Shown here piece by piece: positions 13,759 to 25,680 of a stretch of DNA of 64,000 nt (position 1 is its first letter; each line of letters opens with the position of its first letter). Position numbers and translations under genes: made by a program. The notes below the pieces were generated by a model. That model searched no databases, was not told where the DNA came from, and was given only the letters and a program-made list of their open reading frames with translations. This DNA is from the human T2T-CHM13v2.0 reference genome, Homo sapiens, in the NCBI RefSeq assembly GCF_009914755.1, contig NC_060925.1. One strand, given 5' to 3'.

Positions 13759-15299
13759 CTCTAGCGTACAGTAGTAATCGTGTAGTGGTTAAGAGCTCGG
13801 GCTCCAAACTGCCAGAGTTTGAATGCTGGCTCCTACATTTACTAGCAATACAGCCATTTAAACTCTACATTCCTCACACTCACAGAGCTGTTTGGAGGAA
13901 TTAATGAGATAATGTAGAAGATAATTTAATTCAGTGCTCAGCACACTTTAAGGGTCCACCAACTATTAGCCAGTATTATCATCACAATACAAAAATCAAC
14001 CGTATTTACCAAAGTTTTTTATGTCCTCTACATAAAGTGCAGCTAGTATGTGCCAGAAACCTAATTAAAACCCACATCAGGTTTCAAAGTCTGGGCGCTT
14101 TCTAATTTTTCATATGATTTTCAAGTAAAAGCTAGAGAAGCCTTTAGACTACTGCAAAAAAACAGTGGTTAAAAAAGAAAAAAAAGTTGGGTAAACTAAC
14201 AATGTGACTGGGCATTCATGCCATTCTGTGCCTCAGTTTGCTCTATTCAGCAAATATCTATTAAAGGCCCATTCTGGTATTAAAGATACATGTACAAAGA
14301 GAGTTACTACATGGTTTGCGGTGGAGGAGAACCAGAAAAAATCTGAATATCTAGCAACAGATTAAGAATAATAGACATTCACATATATCAAATTAGGGAA
14401 AAAACCTCATAAATGTAAACCTATGTTTCTATCAGTGTCAAGAAGGGCATGGAAGGATGTTAATGCAACTGTTAACACTGGTTACTTCTATTGGAAATCA
14501 AAAAACAGGCCAAACATTAAAACATTCTACATCATACCACAACAATAAAGAAAAAGTACGCTGAATAAAAGTGCCTCAAAGCCTCCTGCACTGGTAGAAT
14601 TTCAAGTAGCGACACTGCTTAAACAATCTCACATTAAACACAAACACATCTGTTCATGTAAGGAAAACACAGTATTCAATTTAGCATCTATCTCCTTACA
14701 TATGTTAAATATCTAATACAGCATGGTATAATGGAAAGAGAAATAAGCGCTGATTCCAGAGACCTACATCCTGATCCCAGCACTGTCGTAAAGGTCTTAA
14801 CCTTGAGAAAGAACACAATTTCTTTGAGCCTCACTTGCACCATGCATATATAAAACAAGGATATTTACGTGCTTCATCCAAGCCACAAAATTCTTGTGAG
14901 GTATATAAGATTATCAAACAATAAACACAAAGAATCACTTAATACAGACTCCCCAATAATATATATTAAATAAAAAGTTGAGGAGGGGGGAAGGTTTTAA
15001 AATGGTATTTACCAAATATCTTTTGCGTGCCAAGCATGGTACTAGGCCCTGGCAAAGACAGAAATTAATAAACTATTGTCACAATACTTAAAAATGTCAC
15101 AATCTGGTAGGAGACAAGCACATACAATGCAAAAACTGTATAGAATGTATAAATTACATATGAAGCATATATAGAACATGTTCTGGAAGTTCGGAGGTAA
15201 GAGAGATCATTACTACCTGCACTGGTTACCAAAAAAAAAAAAAAACTGTCATGGATAAATGAACTAGGTCTTTTAAAAAATGATCATACGATTTGTCAT

Positions 15300-16312
15300 C
15301 TAAACCAGAACCCTGTTCCAAAGCGAAAGCGGGTGCTAACGTTAAAATGCTTTGAAATATTTATTAACTAACACATCTGTATTATACCGATGGGTCTAGG
15401 GATAGAAACAAATTTCAAAAATAACTGTCTTAAAAATCAACCTGGAGCCCCAAGAAAAACACTCGTGGAGTTCTCCCAAACTGTTGTCAGTGTGTTAAAT
15501 TTAACTGCTAGGTATGCTATGTTCCAACAGACGGTTTTGACAACTTGTCATTCCCCTAACCCTACCGATAAATCTATCAGAAGCAGCAAGAATGGCCCCA
15601 GCTTTTGCACCTCTGCCAAAAAACACTCCCATATGTCTTCCACAACCCCAGTCTCAGTCATTCCATGGTACAGATAAATTCCATTTGGCTGATGATGTGA
15701 CCAAATAGGAAAAACTGGATTGACAGCACTCAGGTAGTCTCTCCTTAAACAAGGACTAGACTCAATTATTTTAACTAAAATGGGAGCCCTAAATTGCAGG
15801 CACTGTTACCTTGTACCCCTAAACTGAGCTGGTCCCATTTTAGGGGCTGTAACAATAGGAAGCAACACTTGCTTCCAGGGGCACCATATGCACCCCAAGA
15901 CTTCTTGTGTGAAAGCCAGGCATTATCTCTTTCCTCAAAACAAGATGAAATGTACCTTAGAAGCAGTCATAATAGACCTTCATGTTAAGGAAACACCACG
16001 TTGGACCCAAACGTCTTTCAAATCTGCCCTAACTTACGGGTCAGAGTTGTTATAGATGATGGAATTACTCTTCCTCCTTGCATGACAAGGTGGAGTCTGC
16101 AAAATCACTTACACATCTTGCTGTCCCTGGATTAATGCTCTGAGCCAAGAGGAAATGTCAATACAAAAATCCAAGAAAGCCATCTAGTTTTTTTACTGTA
16201 AACATTATAAAGACACAAATTAAACAGATTTGGCACCAACCCTGTCGGTCAGGTCATATTGAGCAGAATGGCTGAGGGAATGGCTATTTAGTGTAGAAAG
16301 AAGGCTGGATAT
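15300..16312 (+). mobile_element. Degenerate ERV1 internal region with env TM remnant
   Basis: FLLA*QGGVCKITYTSCCPWIN from 16071 (CX6CC plus immunosuppressive-domain-like context); purine tract before LTR; 5' boundary uncertain. Confidence 0.75.
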
Positions 16313-16811
16313 TGTTGCAAGACAATTCTCAATGGGTTTCTCCTGTTTCTGCACGTCTTCTGCAAGGAATTACCAGCTTTGCTCTGGACCATCTTTTCAA
16401 GGATGTTCATATAGTAAACAGACTTGGAAGACAGAGACAGCACCTTTTTTTTGAGGCAGAGGGAAGGCTGATTTGCTGTCCAGGATAATAAAGATAATGT
16501 GTCCCTAAAGGCAAAAGTTGAGCAGGTTGGCTAGCAGCCCCCCTTGTTAAGATTAGTTCTCTAGCTGAGAGTTCCTCATGTGTAATACAGCCTCACTACT
16601 TGTGCAGCATCCACCAGAGCCCACCTCCAGCCTCATGGACTTGGAGGAAAAGGCAACCAATGTGAAAATGAATCTCCTGCTGCCTACTATGCTATAAGTA
16701 ATACAACCCTTATCTCTAAACCAAAAGTTGTCTGCTAGCATCTATGAAACTGGCAAGCCAACTTATTTGCTGGCAAGCAGGATAAAATCTAACACTTAAT
16801 AATTCTTAACA
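16313..16811 (+). mobile_element. ERV1 3' LTR (MER67-like)
   Basis: TG...CA ends directly after polypurine tract; resembles recalled MER67 consensus. Confidence 0.7.
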
Positions 16812-17660
16812 GATGTTAGATTTTGTCAAATGCCTTTTGCATCTATTGACATGATCATGTTTTTGATTTTTTGGCTTATTAATATGGTGCATTACATTGA
16901 TTTTTTAAATGTTAAACCAATCCTAAATTACTGGGGTAAATCCCACTTAGTCATGATGTATTGTTCACTTAATGAATTACTAAATTCAATTTGGTAAAAT
17001 GGTTTAAAATTTGTACATTTAAGTTAATGATGGATATAGGTCTGCAATTTTCTTTTCTAGTAATATCTTTGTCTGGTTTGGTGTCAGGATAATGCTGGTC
17101 CTCAGAAAATGAGTTGGGAAGCATTCCTTCCTCTCCAATTATTTTGGAAGAGTTTATGTAGAATTGGTATTATTTATAATATTAAATATTTGATAGAATT
17201 TACCAGTGAAGCCACCTTGGCTAGAATTTCTTTGTGGGAAAATTTTAAACTACAATTTCCATTTCTTTAATAAACACAGGGCATATACTGGTTATCTATT
17301 TCTTAAGTGAACTTTGGTAATTTGTGTCTTTAAAGGAATTTGTACATTTCATCTAAATTGTCAAATTTATTGGCATAGTTGTTCATAATATTATTTTTAA
17401 TATCTGTAAAATTTTAGTGATGTCACCTCTCTCATTCCTATACTGAAATACAGGAACATCTCTTTTTTTCTGATCAGTCTGGCTAGAGTGATTCTATTGA
17501 TCTTCCCCAAAAAACAGCTCTTAGTTTCATGTATTTTCTCCATTTTTTTCTCTTTTCTGTTCCACTAATTTCAACTCTGATCTTTATTATTTCCTGTCAT
17601 CTGCTTACTCTAGGTTTTCTACTTTCTTATTAAAATGAAAGCTGGGGTCACTGGTTTGTT
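16812..17660 (-). mobile_element. Old L1 (L1M) ORF2 fragment
   Basis: ttgtcaaatgcctttt, aatcccacttagtcatg, tttgatagaatttaccagtgaagcc reverse L1 motifs. Confidence 0.8.
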
Positions 17661-18488
17661 GTAAGAAAAATGAATCTAGTCCCCATTACTCTATCTTGGC
17701 TGTAACCAAATATTTACAGCTTCTGTTTTTATTAACAGACCATCACGGTTTGTTTTGGCACACATATGTATTATGTGTGGACCATACCAATTAAAAGTAC
17801 AGTTCTGCTCCACCAGTTTCTTAATTTAATGATACTACATTCTACCAAAATCTGTATTTACATACTTACTGCATCTACAATTCATTTCCCTTTCAATGAT
17901 GGAACTTTTGAAATGAATTTATGACAGCATTCACAATACAGGTATTTCATTTTTGAAAGAATCAACAGCCAAAAGCTTTTTTAAATCTATAAATTGGGTG
18001 AAAAAATGAAAATGATGGAAATAATTGGAATAAACTGATTTTCTCTTTGAAGCATCTGATGGTGACATAAACTACCACCATTTAATTGTTTGCAGGTTCT
18101 TCTGCTAATGAAGCCAATTTATTAATAGCTGCTGATTTTTCATATGTGCATGTACAGAAGATGAATTTATATATCATTCTTTCATGCATGATCTCCAAGT
18201 TTTCTGCACATATGAAATTGAAGGAGTAAAAACAAACTTACCTAGTACAACATTTCTGAAAGTTAACTTTAACATATTGTTAAGGTTTTGAACGTAAAAT
18301 ATATGACTAAATCTGCAGACATGTCAAACTCAGTGTCTGTCCAAATCTGAATCCATTTTCTTGTCCATCAAGCCTGCTCTTCACTTGTAAGAGTGTTTCA
18401 CCAGCCACCCAGGCTAGAAACCAGGGAGTTATTTTTGCCTCTTTTTTTCCCCAACTTTTAGTAAGCAGTCCTTTTGATTTTTTTTCTC

Positions 18489-18623
18489 TTATGTAGGAGT
18501 AATATACTACCACTCAACCTCTACTGTAAGGTTGGCAGCCCTGAGAACTCCTTTTTTAATTTAGCGTGTTATGGATGTATTTCTGCTCCCAAAGGAATGA
18601 AGAGCAGACATTACCACATGCAA
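18489..18623 (-). ncRNA. SCARNA18B: Box H/ACA scaRNA, U109-type (SCARNA18B), in UCHL5 intron 1, same strand as host
   Basis: 135 nt two-hairpin layout, H box AAATTA in hinge, ACA 3 nt from end (ACATAA); 3' pocket CAGG...AGTAT complementary to U1 5' end around U6; closely resembles recalled U109/SCARNA18 sequence. Confidence 0.88.
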
Positions 18624-19156
18624 CTGTTGATTTAAATATAGCAAACTTATTGAATCTAACTCCTCCTTCCTAACCCACTAGTTTAGCCAATCATCTCGGA
18701 CTCCAACCATTTTAAGAGATGTCTAGCTTCTCTCACTTTATTCCAACCTGCCCTGCACACTTAAAAGCACAATAAACCTTAATTATGAAAATAATGTCAT
18801 TTCAGCATTAAAATATATTTGATAGGTAAATCCCCAGTCACTACAGGGCAATTCAAACTATACAACATGGCATACAATCTGTCCTCAGTTTATCTTTTCA
18901 GTTTCAGATCCAAATAAATATTCCTCCAGTCTGCTATATTATGTTCTAGTCACTTTGCTAGCTGTTGGCTAACCCATATACTTTAACATCACTACTGTTT
19001 ATGCTTTTCCTTCTGGCTGTGCTCCTCCATGACCTGTGTACTTTTAACATTTTGTATATACTCTAACATAGCAATTAACACACCATATTATAGTTTGACT
19101 GTCAATTATTCGAAACAGCAGTTATGGTTTATTCACATGAAAATTTCCCAATCCTT

Positions 19157-19569
<413 letters not shown>

Positions 19570-20392
19570 TTAATCCCGCGTAAAAGTTTTAACATCGTAG
19601 AGTCAATAACACTTGGGAAATAGATAAAAACGTACTGTCCAAAGAAGAGACTAAGAACAAGATAAATAGGGAAGGATAAAAAGTAAAATGTGTTGATTAT
19701 TTAGGACGAAAGGCACTAAATACAGCCAGAGAGAAACTGTGAGGAAAGCATGTGGCCTCTAGTCTAGAACACTAGCTCAAGAAAACTCACTTCACCGGAA
19801 GCCAGAAATGAGCAGAGAGCGGAACCAGTGAAGTGGCCTTTCAGGCCCACGCAGTCAGCGTGTGTGGACGTCCCGAAGAGCTATTCACACATTCAAGGCG
19901 TTCTGCTTTGAATAACCAGAATCTCGAGTTCCTGGGCGGCTTGAGCCGCAGACACCTCACCCTTGAGAAGGCGCACCCTAGGGTGGCTTCTGCAGGACTA
20001 ATGGCCTGAGCAATGCACTTGACCTCACCAGCCCGGGATAAGGTGCGCGCCGCAGAGAAGGGGCAGTGCAAAGGGCAATACGTGCTTAAGAGCTTGGGGA
20101 GCGAGGGCCCTCAAGTCAATTACAGGATTTGGGTGCCAGGTCCTGAGGATGCAGCAGGCACAAGACTGACACGATCCTTGCCCTCGTGGTGTGGCTCTAC
20201 AAATTACTGTGGAAACGCGACTGTCTCGAGCTGAGGAGAGGGCAGAACATCTACATTTCCCCCACCCGGACTCCAGGTTCCTGAAGTCACCTCTCCAGAC
20301 GCGGGGCGGCGGTGGCCGCAGGGAACCACTCCATGCCCAGCTTGGGCCTCCTCCCGTGACCCCAGGCCCAGGACGGTCCCCTTGGTTCTCAC

Positions 20393-20468
20393 CGAATCCT
20401 TTAATGAGCTCGGTGAAGACCCCGGGGTCGCTTTCCATGAGGCACCACTCCCCGGCATTGCCCGTCAT
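20393..20468 (-). CDS. UCHL5: UCHL5 coding exon 1 (MTGNAGEWCLMESDPGVFTELIKGF)
   Basis: ATG at 20468 in GCCATGA context; UCH-family N-terminal W-x-x-x-ESDPGVF motif; GT donor at 20392-20391 (G|GTGAGA); 76 nt. Confidence 0.97.
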
Positions 20469-20819
20469 GGCCCTGGCCACACACCGCCCCGATCCACCTC
20501 TCGCTCTCAGCTGCCCCCCGCACCAGCTGCCGCCGGCCACAGATCTCAGCAAACCCGCCGCCGAGCTCGTCAACCACACGTCACCCCGCCTACTTCCCGA
20601 CAGCCTCCGGGCGCCGTCACCTGCAGCGCGACTGAGCGCGGGAGGACGCTCTAGCCACCCTAGAGACATCGAAACTCTTCCCAGGCCTTGCAGCACCCGT
20701 AGCGGATTCGGAAGGGCTGGGGCCTGAGAAGAAAGGGCGGTGATTCACAGCGCCGAGGAGGCAACATCCGGGATCCTCGCCCCTCTGGGGCGGAGGCGGG
20801 GCAAAAGAAGAGGGGCAGG

Positions 20820-20984
20820 ACTCGTTCCCGGGAACCGAACCTGGAATCCCCGGCGGCAGTGGGGCTGTTGCTGTTGCTGTGGCTGTCGCTGCCCGTCAGG
20901 CTGCCTTCTTTTGTCGTTTCCCAGCGCTGCGCAGGACTTCTCCTGGCGGCGCTGCGGATCCAGGGGGTCGGCTGCCAGGTACAG
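20820..20984 (+). other. RO60: RO60 non-coding first exon (5' boundary approximate)
   Basis: Strong donor CAG|GTGAGG at 20984/20985 (second GT 6 nt upstream at 20979); lies in CpG island; start coordinate is an estimate. Confidence 0.7.
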
Positions 20985-21249
20985 GTGAGGACATTGCGGG
21001 AGGCCGGCTGGGAGCCTTTTGTGCGGCCCCAGGGACGCGCAAATTCTGACCAGTCCTCCATGTCTCTCACCCGCATCCCAGGGGTTGAGGCTGGGCAAAC
21101 GCCGCGAAACTATCGCTCTTCCCCGTCCCGCTTCCGCGCCTGTCCACCCTGGGTAACGGAACCAGCATCGCGGTAGGGACATCCTCGCTAGGCCCGGCCG
21201 GACCATTCCTCAGGGTGGGCCCTTTCCGAAGCCGGGACCGCTCCTGCTT

Positions 21250-21430
21250 GTCGGCATCGCTCCCCACAGGCCGACGTCGAGAGGGCCTGCTTTACTCCTC
21301 CTCTTTCTCCTCCTTCTCCCGCGGCTTCTGCGCGGAGAGGCGTCGCCCGGGATCTGGGTTTTGGAAGAAGGATCTTTGTGGGAAGACAGGGTGAATTTAT
21401 CACAGAGGAATAACGAGGGAGAGGAGAAAG
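21250..21430 (+). other. RO60: Probable alternative RO60 5' UTR exon ending at AAG|GTTTGT
   Basis: Donor-like site at 21430/21431 at CpG-island edge; partial recollection of RO60 cDNA 5' UTR; start uncertain. Confidence 0.45.
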
Positions 21431-22910
21431 GTTTGTCCATGGGGCTGCTAGACTAGTGGAAGGGGATGCGGTGCGTCAAGGGAAAATTAGGTTGAAAACA
21501 AATGTCGTGTATTAATCTAAAAACATTTGGAATGGTTCTAAAACTGGATGATGAGTTAAACCAAATATTTACTAAATATTTACTAAATTGCCCTCATTCA
21601 GCAGGCTCTTATAGAATACTATAGTGTTAAGATTAAAGTTTTTAAGAGTATATTGAAGTCGTTAAGTGTATATTTACTCCTTAAAAGCTACATATTCCAA
21701 GAAAGACCTTTGGCTTCCAGAAAAAAAAAATGTTTTAGTGGGTAAAACTCTGACTCCTTCCTTCTCAAATAGGTGACTTGTGCCCTGGAGTTAGGGAGCC
21801 TTGTGCTACAGATTATGTGAAGCCATGAAATAAACGTGGTAAATTTTATTGAGGGAAGCAACAGAGCAGCTTTTGTATTAAAAGGAGCCTGAGTACGCTA
21901 TGGGGTAGAAGCCAAAATTTGTATGAAGTGTTGGTTTAAAAAAAATTTTTTTTGTAACTTTCTTGAAGTTTATCTCCGGAAACTCTGCCCTCAACTTGGA
22001 GACTAGGAGGATTCTGTACAGTATATTTCCTTGAGATACTTTATTGGAAAAGTTTAAGAGGCACAGAGTCCAGAATGATTGGCATCAGAGCCCAAAGTAG
22101 TTTGTGGTATTTTTTTTAATCTGTAATATTGCTATGAACTTGAAAATGTTTTCTGTGCAAAATACATCAAAACTAAAATGTACTTGATACCCAACTTAAT
22201 TAACATGGTACCTATTGTAGAAAGACCAAACTGAAAATTTAGCCTTTGGCACAATCTAGAAGTAAGCAGAGAAGGGGGTTAAGATGCCTTTCATTATGTT
22301 AACGTTTAATCCTGAGAGTTTACATAAAAAGCCAGATTTCTGGGTCTTTGAGAAAAATGAGATCTGGCAACTACTAGTTCCATACCACGTGGCAACCAGT
22401 TGGCAGCTCCCCTCAGACTAGCATGCTGTCATTTTTGCCACAGTTCCTTCCTCATCAGTTTTTATAGCATCACATTGATCAGTGGATTCAGATACCTGTA
22501 TCATGGGTAAACAAACCTCTATCATGGGCCCAATTTTCTATTGTTGTTTCTTTACATTTGTCATGCACTCTCATAGATATGTCAGCTTTGACTTCATTTA
22601 AAAAGGAATAATCTGCAAATGTGTTTGACTTCTTGAGATGAAAGGCAGCATTTTCAAATAAATTATAAAGAGACTTTGGAAGATATTGAGATGTGTAAAT
22701 TCAAGAAAAATGTAGGATTCCTTGGAAATAACACATTAGTACTGATAAAAGATACTGTATATGCTGTAGTTCTGATGATTGTGAAACAAGTGCTATTATA
22801 TAATGTGTGTTACTAGCATTTCCTGATTTTGCATTCTAAATTAAATTTAAAAGTAGAGAAATGGACATTGTATAAAATATCCACAACCAATTTAATATGC
22901 GGCCATGCTT

Positions 22911-23207
<297 letters not shown>

Positions 23208-23699
23208 GTGTCCATGCTTTTAATATTATAGTATTGTAATATTTAACTTCTCAAGAACTTAATTTATAGAGATTTAATACAACATTAGTTGTATGGTGTG
23301 TTTTAAGAGCACTAGATAGATAGGTCAGGCCCATCCAAAGAATTAACTATATCTTTTTGTTGTTAATCTGGATTTACAACACTTGATTATCCAGGAATGG
23401 ATTAACTGATGACCAGGTTCTGACCTCACTCACTGCCCAATTGCCTTCTAAACCACTGATAATGGAGCTTAAGCTTTGAGGCAGGAGATGATGGCAGTTG
23501 GAGAAAGAAGAAATTAAGTTGCTGTATATGTCTTGTGGGTATCTCAAATTGCTTTTAAAAGTCAAATATAAAAATTGTAGGGCTAAATATAATTTTTGTG
23601 TAATCAATTGTATTGGTGCTCTCCATTCTGATATAGATAATAGCAGAGTTAAGTGCTTGTTTATTTAAATAACTTTCCAAATATATTTTACCTGGCTAG

Positions 23700-24812
23700 T
23701 TTATGTTTGTATTTTTAATAATAGATTTTTAGAATATAATTCACATATCATGAAGTTCACTATTTTGAAGTATCCAGTGCATTGGGTTCTAGTATATTCA
23801 CGGAGTTGTGCAGTCATCACCACTAATTTCTGAACATTTTCATCACCCAAAAAGAAATCCCCTACCCATTAGCAGTCACTTCCCAGTGTTCCCCCACTCC
23901 GACAGCCTCTGACAACCTTAGACTAATGTACTTTTTATTTCTATGAATTTACCTACTCTGGAAAATTCATATAAATGGAATTGTAATACAATATGTGGCC
24001 TTTTGTGACTGGCTTCTTTGACTTGGCATAATGTTTTCAAGGTTTGTTTACATTGTGTCATGTATCACTACTTCATCCCTTTTTATTGTCTAATAATAGT
24101 CCATTGTATGGATATACCATATTTTTTTCATCCCTTCATCAGTTGATGGACATTTGGGTTGCTTCTCCTTTTTGACCGTTATGAGTAATGTTGATAAAAA
24201 CATCTGGATACAACTTTTGGTTTAGATACATGTATTCATTTTTCTTAGGTGTGTGGTAGAATTCCTCGGTCATATGCTAACTATATTTAACCTTTTGAGA
24301 AACTGCCAGACTGTTTTCCAAAGTGGCTGTATGATTTTACATTCCCACCAGCAGTATATGAGCGTTTCATTTTCTCTAAATCCTCACCAACACTTAATAT
24401 TATTGTTTTGATTATAGCTGTCCTAGTGGATGTGAAGTGGTATCTTATTGTGGTTTTGATTTGCATTTCCCTGATGACTAATGATGTTCGTCATCTTTTT
24501 ATGTGTTTACTGGCCATTTGATAATCTTCTTTGGAAAAACACCTTTTCAGATTCTTTACCCATTTGTGTGTCTTTGGAGTAATATTCACATCTTTTGCCT
24601 ATTTTTACTTGGGTTATTTATCATTTTATTATTAAGTTGTAAGTGTTCTTAATATATTCTAGATACAAGTCACTTATTGTATGTATGATTTGCAAATATT
24701 TTCCTTTTTCTTGGGTTGTCTTTTCACTTTCTTGATGGTGTCCTTGGAAATACAAGTTTTAAATTTTGATAAAGTCCAGTTTATTTTTTTATTTTGTCAC
24801 TTTTGCCTTTGG
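23700..24812 (-). mobile_element. L1 (L1MB/MC-like) 3' region
   Basis: Reverse L1 motifs (ttttccaaagtggctg, gtggttttgatttgcatttccctgatgac). Confidence 0.85.
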
Positions 24813-24814
24813 TG

Positions 24815-25680
24815 TCTGCGTTCCAACACTAATTCTGTAGCATCAGCTGGGTGTCCCCCACTTCCGTTTAGTTCTGGCACTAGCTGCCCAGGGTTGGCAT
24901 CAGATCCCACAAATTAAAGGACAAGGTCCCCACTAAGAATGCCATTAATTTGGACACCAGCTGTAAATGGGGTCCCCAGGCTACTCACACTTCTGCCCTG
25001 CGGACTACAAATTCAAGACTTCCCATAATCCCCTCAAGGCTGATAGTTCACTAGAATGACTCACATAACTCACTGAAAGTGCTCTACTTGCAATTACAGT
25101 TTTATTATAAGGGATACAACTCAGGAACAGCCAAACAAGAAGTAGACACATATGGCAAGGTCTGGGGCAAGGGAAGGATGCAGAACTTCCATGCCATCCT
25201 TGTGAAATGTGGGATACAACTCAGGAACAGCCAAACAGGAAGTAGACACATATGGCAAGGTCTGGGGCAAGGGAAGGATGCAGAACTTCCATGCCCATCC
25301 TTGTGAAATGTGGGCACATCACCTTCCCAGCACATCAGTTTTTGTTCACCAAGGATGCTCCACTGAGTATCGATGAAGAAAGTTTTTATGAGGTTTCATC
25401 ACATGGGCATGATTGATTAAATCATTAGCTACATGGCTGAACTTGATCTCAAGTCCTCCTCCTTTCATGGAAGGTTGGCCTGACCAGTTTATTCCTCTAA
25501 ACATATAGTTGGTCTTTCTAGTGATTAGCCCCCATCCTGAAGCTACCTAGGGGCCCATGTTGCCTCATTAATGTAACAAAGACACTCCTATTTCTCAGGA
25601 AATACCACGGGTTTTTGAAACTTTCTGCTGGGTATTATGTCCAAAGACCAGGTACTCTCTCTTATAAGATGCCACAGTAT
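24815..25680. mobile_element. LTR, MER21-like, with internal 100-bp tandem duplication
   Basis: ggggtccccaggctactcacacttctg and tttattataagggatacaactcaggaacagccaaa hallmarks. Confidence 0.7.

Larger units (their letters stand above)
19840..21440. promoter_or_regulatory. CpG island / bidirectional promoter of UCHL5 (-) and RO60 (+)
   Basis: Abrupt GC/CpG enrichment; head-to-head first exons; GC boxes (~20787-20801), E2F-like GCCGCGAAA 21101-21109, ETS-like CCGGAAG ~19795. Confidence 0.93.

Noticed and set aside
20013-21440. Many overlapping 60-220 aa ORFs on both strands
   Set aside because: Expected from stop-codon scarcity in a CpG island; only the UCHL5 exon 1 segment has family motifs and a splice donor.
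25111-25311. Direct repeats as a possible CRISPR-like array
   Set aside because: Only two adjacent copies with no spacers, in mammalian DNA; a simple tandem duplication.
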